Virus record (IMG/VR): IMGVR_UViG_3300002461_000164
Span: 1 to 46,142 of that record
Direction: 5' to 3' (one strand)
DNA length: 46,142 nucleotides
Source: a virus
Of the stretch, positions 22,790-30,148 are shown in pieces. The notes under the pieces were generated by a model. It ran no database searches. It saw only the letters and a program-made list of their open reading frames with translations, and had not been told where the DNA came from. A program made the position numbers and the translations under genes. Each line of letters starts with the position of its first letter. Position 1 is the first letter of the stretch.

Positions 22790-23716
22790 ATGGCAAATTA
22801 TCTGAATTACGTTACGAACGTCGGACGGCTGATCGGCGGTTCATTGACCGATCTGGTCAAGACCGATCAGGACAATAAGCCGTTGCCGGAGGAAAAATGG
22901 CACTACAACATCGGAATCGCGTTCGAAAAGAACGACCCGCGGACGATCGCATTTCTCACGCCGATTTTCCCGTTCGTTTTCCAGGAGTACCAGTCCAAGC
23001 CGTACGTGGTCCAGGCCGCTAACAATTGTATGCAGACGGGATTTCCGGCTAAGGGCGGGTTTTCGTGGAAGATCAAGGACGGCGACAAGCCGAACGCGAA
23101 AGGCCAATTCAACGCCAACGCAAAAGGCTGTTGGGTTGTGTATATGTCGACGCAAATCCCGATCAAGGCCGTCAACACGATGAACGCCGAAATCGATCCG
23201 AAGTCCGTCAAGAATGGCTATTTTGTCGACGTCGCCGGCTCGATTTCGATCAACGGACTCGAAGGCGACCGCGCCGGCATTTACTGGAATCCCCGGTTTG
23301 TTCGCTTCGTCGCGTACGGCGAGGAAATCGTTTCCGGTCCGTCCGCCGAGCAGGCATTCGGCGCGGCGCCGGCTCCACAGGCCGGAGCGTTGCCCGCTGG
23401 TGCTTCAATGACGCCGATCGTGCCGCAAGGTGCTGGTGTGCCTGGAAACGGCTTGCCCGGTCAGATGCCCGGTCAGATGCCCGGTCAGATGCCGCAGGGC
23501 GGAATGCCCGGTCAGATGCCGCAGGGCGGAATGCCCGGTCAGATGCCGCAGGGCGGAATGCCCGGTCAGATGCCCGGTCAGATGCCGCAGGGCGGAATGC
23601 CGGGAGGCTTGCCGGCTGGTGCGCCCGCGGGTTTCCCAGGACAGATGCCGAACGCTGGCTCGCCGACTGGATTCCCTACTAACGCGCAACCCCATTACGG
23701 GTTTGTGCAGGGTTGA
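22790..23716 (+). CDS. T7 gp2.5-like (DUF2815-type) ssDNA-binding protein with a repetitive PGQM/PQGGM tail
   Basis: [16 protein letters not shown] resembles gp2.5 YKVDLTIPNKDPRC. It lies between the nuclease and polymerase genes and has a low-complexity Gly/Pro/Gln/Met C-terminus. Confidence 0.55.
   Translation: MANYLNYVTNVGRLIGGSLTDLVKTDQDNKPLPEEKWHYNIGIAFEKNDPRTIAFLTPIFPFVFQEYQSKPYVVQAANNCMQTGFPAKGGFSWKIKDGDKPNAKGQFNANAKGCWVVYMSTQIPIKAVNTMNAEIDPKSVKNGYFVDVAGSISINGLEGDRAGIYWNPRFVRFVAYGEEIVSGPSAEQAFGAAPAPQAGALPAGASMTPIVPQGAGVPGNGLPGQMPGQMPGQMPQGGMPGQMPQGGMPGQMPQGGMPGQMPGQMPQGGMPGGLPAGAPAGFPGQMPNAGSPTGFPTNAQPHYGFVQG
23456..23603 (+). repeat. Coding microsatellite-like tandem repeats (12-nt cccggtcagatg and 27-nt cccggtcagatgccgcagggcggaatg units)
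   Basis: Read directly. It encodes (PGQM)n and (PGQMPQGGM)n. Confidence 0.9.
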
Positions 23717-23725
23717 TCACTTCGC

Positions 23726-23753
23726 ACCGCGCCGGGAGAAATTCCGGCGCGGT
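23726..23753 (+). terminator. Terminator-like hairpin after the SSB gene
   Basis: ACCGCGCCGG-GAGAAATT-CCGGCGCGGT followed by CTCACTTTT. Confidence 0.5.
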
Positions 23754-23776
23754 CTCACTTTTGGAAGGATTCCCAC

Positions 23777-24073
23777 ATGGCGACCTTTTCGAGTTTGATA
23801 GTCGCGGCGGCGCTAAAAAATCCGACAATGACCTATAAGCAGATCGCCGAGTTGACCGGCGCAAAGCCGAACCTAGCCGCGCAAGTCCTTTACCAGATGC
23901 GATTGCGTGGCTATGAAGTCGGATACATGCGCAAGAGCCGGCATGTGATCGTCAAGGAACCGCCGCCGATCGACACAGCGGCCGCGCCCGAGCCGTTGCC
24001 GGCGCGAAAGCATGTGCAGACGGTTTTCGGTTCATCCTGTCCGCGCTCGCACGGCTATTTGCGGCTGCTATGA
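23777..24073 (+). CDS. Hypothetical protein, possible winged-helix (98 aa)
   Basis: GGAAGGA RBS. The segment MTYKQIAELTGAKPNLAAQVLYQMRLRGY looks wHTH-like. Confidence 0.65.
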   Translation: MATFSSLIVAAALKNPTMTYKQIAELTGAKPNLAAQVLYQMRLRGYEVGYMRKSRHVIVKEPPPIDTAAAPEPLPARKHVQTVFGSSCPRSHGYLRLL

Positions 24074-24249
24074 GTTTCGCGGTTTACAAGGACGGGACAA
24101 AACACGCCGAATTCTCCACCCTGGAGCAATGCGCCGCGGAAATCCTGGTCAAAAGATGGTGCATCGTGGAACAGTTCGGCACGCATTATGTCCGCGGAAT
24201 TGAGGTTCGGAAAGCTGATGGCACTGCGCTTCGTAATCCTGCACCCTGA
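24070..24249 (+). CDS. Hypothetical protein (59 aa), not in the ORF track
   Basis: ATGA overlap at 24070..24073. Hand translation gives MSFAVYKDGTKHAEFSTLEQCAAEILVKRWCIVEQFGTHYVRGIEVRKADGTALRNPAP. Confidence 0.5.
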   Translation: MSFAVYKDGTKHAEFSTLEQCAAEILVKRWCIVEQFGTHYVRGIEVRKADGTALRNPAP

Positions 24250-24538
24250 CGCTGGCGTGTTTCTCGGCGCGATGCCCGATGGTCAAATGATTTATTCGAA
24301 CACGCCGCACCCTGAAATCGGAACGATCAAAGCAATATCGTTCGGATCGATTGAACGCGCTCGGGACATTATGTCGACCTATCAGATGGACCCTGCCTTT
24401 CATTGTTGCGTCCCGATTCAGGCCGATCGCGACGCATATGTTAACGTCGGGCAATTGCGTCGCGCCGGCTTGGCGCATATGTTGGAACCGATGGAAATTC
24501 AATATTTGGCACTCGCGCAAGCTGTAGGCAGGGCATGA
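24218..24538 (+). CDS. Hypothetical protein (106 aa; alternative start 24188)
   Basis: ORF ends in an ATGA overlap with the polymerase gene. Sequence MALRFVILHPDAGVFLGAMPDGQ... Confidence 0.65.
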   Translation: MALRFVILHPDAGVFLGAMPDGQMIYSNTPHPEIGTIKAISFGSIERARDIMSTYQMDPAFHCCVPIQADRDAYVNVGQLRRAGLAHMLEPMEIQYLALAQAVGRA

Positions 24539-26436
24539 AACACGATTTCGGATATGATCTGGAAACCTACGTCAATTGCTTCGTCGCGACGTTCGTTCAT
24601 ATCCCGACCGGAACCCGCTGGATTTTTGAAATCTCGGCGCGGCGAAATCAGTCTTTCGAACTGTTCACGTTCTTGGATTGGATCGAAAGTCTCGGCGCCC
24701 GCGGCGTCGGCTTCAATAATGTCGGTTTCGACTATGTCGTTTTGCATTATTTTCGGCATCTGGTGAAATCGCAAGGCTACGCCACTGCAGAACAGCTTCA
24801 CGACAAAGGCGCGTCGATCATAGCCAGTGATCGGTTCGGTTCTATCATTTGGCCGAATGAGCGATTTTTTCCGCAGCTAGACCTTTACCTGATCAACCAT
24901 TTTGACAACGTCGCGAAAGCGACCAGTTTGAAAGTCCTGGAGTTCAACATGAACTCACCGACGATCAAAGATTTGCCGTTCCCTCCGGATCAGCATTTGA
25001 CGTCGCAAGAAATGGATATCGTGGTTTCCTATAACTGCCACGACGTCGCCGAGACAGTCCGTTTCTACCACTATTGCCGATCGCTGATCGAATTCCGCGA
25101 CGAAATGACCGCCAAGCTTGGCGAGGATTTCACGAACTTCAATGATACGAAAATCGGCAAGCAATATTTTATCAACGAACTGGAAAAGGAATCGCCGGGC
25201 ATCTGCTTTGACCGGTCCAGCGGCCGCAAGGAACCGCGCCAGACGCACCGCAGCCATATCCCGCTAGATACTGTGATATTCCCATATGTGACATTCAAGA
25301 CGCCGGAATTTAGCCGAGTGCTGAACTACCTGAAAACGGTCAGCATCACCGACACGAAAGGCGCCCCGGAACTAAAAGACCTGAACGCGACGATCCGCGG
25401 TTTTCGGTTCGACTTCGGCACAGGCGGCATTCACGGCTCATTGACCGGCGCCACGATCCGCGCCGACGCCGAGCATGAGATTCTAGACGTCGACGTTGCC
25501 AGCTATTATCCAAATCTTGCGATCAAGAATAAGCTGTTTCCGCAGCATCTGTCCGAAACCTTTTGCCGAATCTATGAGGATTTGTACAACCGTCGCAAAT
25601 CGTATCCTAAGAAATCATCGGAAAGCGCAATGCTCAAGCTGGCGCTAAACGGCGTTTACGGCGACTCCAATAATATTTACTCGCCGTTTTATGATCCGGC
25701 GTACACGATGGCGATCACTATCAACGGTCAATTGCTTCTGTGCATGCTCGCGGAATGGCTGATGGAATCGCCCCATATCGAAATGATCCAGGCGAACACC
25801 GACGGATTGACCGTGCGTTGCCACCGGGACGGCCGTGCATGGTTTGACCAGTGTTATCAGGCTTGGCAAATCTTCACCCAACTGGAGTTGGAAACCGTCA
25901 AATATTCGGCGATGTTCATCCGCGACGTCAATAATTACATGGCGGAATCCGTTGACGGCAAGGTCAAGCGGATCGGCGCCTATGCGTACGAAACGCAAGC
26001 GGAAAACCCGGCGACGCGGGAACTTTGGTGGAATAAGGATTGGAGTTCGCGAGTCGTGGCGAAGGCCGTTGAAGCCGTCTTGTTGCGCGGCGCGGACCTG
26101 GAGACGTTCATTCGAAACCATCCCGAGCCGGCCGATTTCATGATCCGCGTCAAGGTTCCGCGATCGTCGCGGCTGGTGGCGCAATGGTCGAACGGCGATC
26201 AACCGCTACAGAACACAACGCGATATCATATCGCCACGGCCGGCCCGCACCTGTTTAAGGTCATGCCGGCACTTGGCAAAAAGATCGCCGCTGGTGACGC
26301 CACGCCGCGCCGGATGGCAGTCGATAAGGGGTGGCCCGTCCGCGTCTGCAATGACGTCCAAGATTGGTCATGGGAACTACTGGACCGCAGCTATTATGTC
26401 GCGGAAGCACGCAAGCTTATGGAGTGGATAAAATGA
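24535..26436 (+). CDS. Family B-like DNA polymerase with N-terminal 3'-5' exonuclease
   Basis: Exo motifs YDLETY, FNNVGFDY and SYNCHDV. Polymerase motifs DVASYYPNL (DxxSLYPS-like), KLALNGVYG (KxxxNSxYG-like) and QANTDGL (DTD). Confidence 0.8.
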   Translation: MKHDFGYDLETYVNCFVATFVHIPTGTRWIFEISARRNQSFELFTFLDWIESLGARGVGFNNVGFDYVVLHYFRHLVKSQGYATAEQLHDKGASIIASDRFGSIIWPNERFFPQLDLYLINHFDNVAKATSLKVLEFNMNSPTIKDLPFPPDQHLTSQEMDIVVSYNCHDVAETVRFYHYCRSLIEFRDEMTAKLGEDFTNFNDTKIGKQYFINELEKESPGICFDRSSGRKEPRQTHRSHIPLDTVIFPYVTFKTPEFSRVLNYLKTVSITDTKGAPELKDLNATIRGFRFDFGTGGIHGSLTGATIRADAEHEILDVDVASYYPNLAIKNKLFPQHLSETFCRIYEDLYNRRKSYPKKSSESAMLKLALNGVYGDSNNIYSPFYDPAYTMAITINGQLLLCMLAEWLMESPHIEMIQANTDGLTVRCHRDGRAWFDQCYQAWQIFTQLELETVKYSAMFIRDVNNYMAESVDGKVKRIGAYAYETQAENPATRELWWNKDWSSRVVAKAVEAVLLRGADLETFIRNHPEPADFMIRVKVPRSSRLVAQWSNGDQPLQNTTRYHIATAGPHLFKVMPALGKKIAAGDATPRRMAVDKGWPVRVCNDVQDWSWELLDRSYYVAEARKLMEWIK

Positions 26437-26612
26437 AACGGACCGCGCCACCGGAACCGGCCGAGCCTGTCGGGAATTGCGCGCTGTGCGATAAGCCGAG
26501 CGACGCACTGTTCCGCAAAAACGACAAAGGCGAACCGGGAATTTTTGCCTGTTACCCGTGCGCCGACTTTCCGGATTTCGACAAGCGGCTGATGGAGAAA
26601 AAGCGCAAATGA
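26433..26612 (+). CDS. Hypothetical zinc-ribbon protein (59 aa)
   Basis: ATGA overlap. Contains CALCDK...CYPCAD. Confidence 0.6.
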   Translation: MKRTAPPEPAEPVGNCALCDKPSDALFRKNDKGEPGIFACYPCADFPDFDKRLMEKKRK

Positions 26613-26791
26613 AACCGTGGCACTATTCCCGAATTCGCTTTCTGACCCGCGTTCATAGCGGCACGATCGAAGGCGCGCCCGTCCAGGCGCCCAACGGCGA
26701 TTGGGTTTTCTTTTGGGTTGAAGTCCGGAACAGCGATCCGACATCGGCGTTTCGTTGCACTCAATACGCATGCGGGACGCTCGGGCAATGA
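26609..26791 (+). CDS. Hypothetical protein (60 aa)
   Basis: ATGA overlaps at both ends. Confidence 0.55.
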   Translation: MKPWHYSRIRFLTRVHSGTIEGAPVQAPNGDWVFFWVEVRNSDPTSAFRCTQYACGTLGQ

Positions 26792-27069
26792 CGACCAGCC
26801 GCAGCCCGCTTAACGCCCTGGTGCGACAAGCTGACAAGATCGCCGAGACGATAAAAGCTTTCGAGCGCGGCGAGTCCGTCGATCCGAAATTTGACGCCAG
26901 ATTAAGAGCCGCCCGAGCCGAAAAAACATCGGTAAAAATCGGCGTGGTAATGGACGACAAATTGATCACTCTTGACCTGGAATGGTCGAAGATCGCCGAG
27001 ACGTCCGAAACCGCGCTTGCGGCGTGGATTCTAAAGCTGATGCGAGACCGAAGGGAAACGATGCAATGA
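26788..27069 (+). CDS. Hypothetical protein (93 aa)
   Basis: ATGA overlaps at both ends. Confidence 0.6.
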   Translation: MTTSRSPLNALVRQADKIAETIKAFERGESVDPKFDARLRAARAEKTSVKIGVVMDDKLITLDLEWSKIAETSETALAAWILKLMRDRRETMQ

Positions 27070-27401
27070 CCATGACACCAGAACAGTTCCTCGCCGCCAT
27101 GCCCGGCGTTAACGCCCCGCTCCCGACGCCGGCCGCGCTCCCCGTTGCCGGCGTGACCGAAACAAGCCAGACGATCGCGGCCGGTCAGCTTCGCGCGTTT
27201 ATCGAGCGCGTCGAACACCTGGAGGAAGAAAAGCAGACGATCGCCGACGACATAAAGGACGTGTTTGCCGAGATGAAAGGGACCGGATTCGACACGAAAG
27301 CGGTACGCACGATCATCGCCATGCGCAAAAAGGACGCCGCCGAGCGCCAGGAAGATGAAGCGATCCTAGACCTGTACAAGGCCGCGATCGGGATGGAATG
27401 A
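27066..27401 (+). CDS. gapR: GapR-like nucleoid-associated protein (DUF2312/UPF0335)
   Basis: [70 protein letters not shown] closely follows the conserved DUF2312 core as I recall it from Caulobacter GapR. Confidence 0.8.
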   Translation: MTMTPEQFLAAMPGVNAPLPTPAALPVAGVTETSQTIAAGQLRAFIERVEHLEEEKQTIADDIKDVFAEMKGTGFDTKAVRTIIAMRKKDAAERQEDEAILDLYKAAIGME

Positions 27402-27863
27402 CTATTGGTCGATCGTGCCCCGATCGGTGCCGGCAAGCTGCGGCGGTATCGATCCGAGCGCCGCGCGCTTGTCGGCGGACAATACGCCAACATCAACCTT
27501 GACCTGATTCACGACGGTTATCAGCGCGTCAAGCTTGTCGCCGAACGATGAAACGATCCGGTCAATTCGCTGATCCTGTGCGACGTCGCGCGCTTCGCTT
27601 TGCCCGAGCCGATATTCGAGCGTGACCAGCGGCGCGATTCGCTGTGTCAGTGCTTCAAGACGGGCATCGGTCGCCGCGGTGCGAATGCGACGCAAATCCG
27701 CCAATTCCGCCAGTTCTTGACGAACTTCGCGAATATCCCGCGTGGTATTCACCCAAATTGTAGTGCCACCGACAATATTCGTAGCTATTACGAAGAAAAA
27801 TCCGACGATGTTGAACACGTTAACCCGCCTCTTTTCTATCGTGACCATGTCATTTACTGCCAT
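27402..27863 (-). CDS. Membrane-anchored coiled-coil protein at the end of the lysis cassette
   Basis: One TM segment (VFNIVGFFFVIATNIVGGTTIWV) followed by a long helical region. The start is uncertain (TTG 27884, ATG 27863 or ATG 27848). Confidence 0.6.
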   Translation of the reverse strand: MAVNDMVTIEKRRVNVFNIVGFFFVIATNIVGGTTIWVNTTRDIREVRQELAELADLRRIRTAATDARLEALTQRIAPLVTLEYRLGQSEARDVAQDQRIDRIVSSFGDKLDALITVVNQVKVDVGVLSADKRAALGSIPPQLAGTDRGTIDQ

Positions 27864-28161
27864 TGGTTCGAAAGTCCGTTGCAAGTGCTTCGTAATGCTC
27901 GGCGCAACGTGTGATCCGATTATTTGCTCGATCAGTCGCGGCGCGTTCCCGCTTTAGCACGGATACCGCCTCCAACCCAACGGCCAATTCGGCATGTGGT
28001 TCCCTTTTTTTGCAGTCTACAGGCCAGGGCGGCAATTCCACACCGGCCGCGGCCGTTCCTATGTCGATTGCCGGCCGCTCGACCGGGTTAGCGGCGCAAG
28101 AACTCAAGATCGGCATCAGTGAGAGGATAAGAGCGGCCGGCGCCCCTGATCGTCTGTTCAT
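27850..28161 (-). CDS. o-spanin (outer-membrane lipoprotein)
   Basis: MNRRSGAPAALILSLMPILSSCAANP has a signal peptide plus LSSC lipobox. Its start is embedded in the 3' end of the i-spanin gene. Confidence 0.75.
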   Translation of the reverse strand: MNRRSGAPAALILSLMPILSSCAANPVERPAIDIGTAAAGVELPPWPVDCKKREPHAELAVGLEAVSVLKRERAATDRANNRITRCAEHYEALATDFRTNGSK

Positions 28162-28450
28162 GGCGTAAAATCTCGGACTCGAGTGCGTCGGATGCAAGCT
28201 GTTCACTACGCTGTGCGTTTGCCAGTGCTTCGGCGTATCCCGCCAGTGCCTTCCGGCCGGCCGCAAGCTGGCGTTGCGTCTCGGCTAGCTGTGCTTCGGC
28301 CGCAATGGCTCGCGTCTCCAGGACATAGCCGGACCGTGCGTCGCGCTCGACCTGTGCCACGCGACCGACGATCGGGAATTCATAGAGCGCGACAAGGGCG
28401 GCGAGCGCCAGCGCCGGCAAGCCGATCCGCGCGACGATCCACGCCAGCAC
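28088..28450 (-). CDS. i-spanin
   Basis: N-terminal TM (MLAWIVARIGLPALALAALVAL) followed by an Ala/Glu/Gln-rich coiled coil. It overlaps the o-spanin gene. Confidence 0.75.
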   Translation of the reverse strand: MLAWIVARIGLPALALAALVALYEFPIVGRVAQVERDARSGYVLETRAIAAEAQLAETQRQLAAGRKALAGYAEALANAQRSEQLASDALESEILRHEQTIRGAGRSYPLTDADLEFLRR

Positions 28451-28794
28451 TAGGTTTCGCTCCCGTCACCTGGACCCGGCGCGTTCACAACGTTCGTCAC
28501 CGTGACCGGTCCGGCCGCTGGTGGCGGTTCCGTGCTTTCCACGCGCTCGGCGTACGGCTTGGCGGATCGTGTCGTGTAGATCGCAAGCAAGTCCTGGACC
28601 GTGGCGAACCCGCCATAAAGCAGATAGACGGCGAACAGAAGCCAAAACGCGCTGTTGACCATTTCCCGCGCAATCGTGGTATCGCTCGCGATCGGGAGCC
28701 ATCCGCTAAAGGCAATGACACCGCCGCAAAAAGCGACGATGCCAAACGCCATGGAACGGCGATAGAACCAAGACGGCTCGCCGTTCTTGCTCAT
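28450..28794 (-). CDS. Holin (two predicted TM helices)
   Basis: AFGIVAFCGGVIAFSGWL and AFWLLFAVYLLYGGFA hydrophobic segments. It lies between the endolysin and spanin genes. Confidence 0.7.
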   Translation of the reverse strand: MSKNGEPSWFYRRSMAFGIVAFCGGVIAFSGWLPIASDTTIAREMVNSAFWLLFAVYLLYGGFATVQDLLAIYTTRSAKPYAERVESTEPPPAAGPVTVTNVVNAPGPGDGSET

Positions 28795-29408
28795 TCCAGC
28801 GCGTCCATTGTCGCCGGTCCGGCGATGCCGTCAACGGTCAGCCCGGAACGCGTCTGCAGCGCCTTGACGGCCGTTTCCGTGCGCGGTCCGAAATCACCGT
28901 CGGCGTCGATGCCAAGCAATGACTGCAGCCGCTTCACGTCCTCGCCGTTGTCACCGCGCCGCAGCACGCGCTTGACGGCCGGCGCGTCCTTGACAGGCGC
29001 CGAGACTGTGCCGATGCCCCACGGCGCCGGATCGTCGCCGAGCGCGCCGCCCATGACGGAAAGGTGCACATGATGCTTGTGCGGATTCGATCCGGAGTAA
29101 GGACGCCATTTCCAGCCGTGTTCGCGGCTCGCGATCTGACCGTTGCTGATCACGTATTTCAGCCGCTTGTCCGGCGTCGCCACCAGCTTGCGCGCCAGTT
29201 CGTGACTGTTGACGCCGTTCGCCGGATCGTGCGTGATATCGAGCGCGCGAACGATCCCCTGTGAATCAGGGTTGTGATCGGATTTGCGCGCGGAATGCGC
29301 CGTGTCGCCGATCGTCCCGTCGGACGCTTTCGAGCGATTCGGATGCGCTGCGTTGATTTCCTTCCGCAACGTGTCCAGGGATTTTGCCAGTCGCCATGCC
29401 ATGTTCAT
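28791..29408 (-). CDS. Endolysin: His/Asp-rich catalytic N-domain plus C-terminal PG_binding_1 domain
   Basis: C-terminal LRRGDNGEDVKRLQSLLGIDADGDFGPRTETAVKALQ...DGIAGPATMDAL is a classic peptidoglycan-binding repeat. The N-domain carries SDHNP...ALDITHD...HHVHLS. Confidence 0.8.
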   Translation of the reverse strand: MNMAWRLAKSLDTLRKEINAAHPNRSKASDGTIGDTAHSARKSDHNPDSQGIVRALDITHDPANGVNSHELARKLVATPDKRLKYVISNGQIASREHGWKWRPYSGSNPHKHHVHLSVMGGALGDDPAPWGIGTVSAPVKDAPAVKRVLRRGDNGEDVKRLQSLLGIDADGDFGPRTETAVKALQTRSGLTVDGIAGPATMDALE

Positions 29409-30130
29409 TCCTCCAGGGCGGCAAATGCCGCGTTAATTGCCGCGTCGACTTCCTCGCGCGTCTTGGCCGTCGCAATGCCCGCTTCCGCAGTCTTGCGGGC
29501 GCGGATGATCGCCGCGGATATCTCGGCGAACTGATCAGCCTTGCCGATGATCACAGCGGCAAGTGCCTGGACCGTGTCGGCGTCGCCGTCGGTCAAGAGC
29601 ATCAGGAACCGGGCATCGGCCGGAGCCAGATCACCAGCGATCACCGCCCGCGCTTCGTCTTCCTGCAGGCGCCACGTCTCGCGCTCGGCGTTGGCATACT
29701 TCCGGGTATGCGGTTCGGCGACGGCTTGCGCGCGGCGCACGGCGATCGTCAGCCCGAAATCCCTCAACGCCGCCAGTGCATCGGCGTCGGAAACTGTCGC
29801 GCTCGGCTTGGCGAATTTCTCGCCGTCATATGTCCAGCCGCGCGCCACAGACGCCGTGCATTTGACATAGTCCGCCACGACGTCAGGGTGCACGACGTCG
29901 GCGATCGTCAACGGCTGATCCGTAACCGCCTCGACCATGACCGGAACGGCGATCGTCTCGACTTTCGGTTCTTGCGTCTCCGGATCGATCACGGCTTTTC
30001 CGTCTTCGTCCAGGACCGGGCGCGTTTCGTCCTTTGTCCCGTCCTGGACCATTCCGGTTTTCGGACCCTTCGCCGGGAAAGTGATCCGTCCGACGACAAT
30101 GCCGTCTAAAATCTTCGCATAGTGCTGCAC
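29405..30130 (-). CDS. Hypothetical protein downstream of the tail fibre (possible fibre accessory or assembly protein)
   Basis: 241-aa ORF with an ATGA overlap with the endolysin gene. The call rests on position only. Confidence 0.6.
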   Translation of the reverse strand: MQHYAKILDGIVVGRITFPAKGPKTGMVQDGTKDETRPVLDEDGKAVIDPETQEPKVETIAVPVMVEAVTDQPLTIADVVHPDVVADYVKCTASVARGWTYDGEKFAKPSATVSDADALAALRDFGLTIAVRRAQAVAEPHTRKYANAERETWRLQEDEARAVIAGDLAPADARFLMLLTDGDADTVQALAAVIIGKADQFAEISAAIIRARKTAEAGIATAKTREEVDAAINAAFAALEE

Positions 30131-30148
30131 TGTGCTAATCCCTTCGAT

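Noticed and set aside
23405-23798. Regularly spaced repeats that might suggest a CRISPR array, plus ORFs in other frames over them
   Set aside because: The units are 12 and 27 nt, contiguous without spacers, and in frame within the SSB-like gene, encoding PGQM/PQGGM. The alternative-frame ORFs are repeat artefacts.
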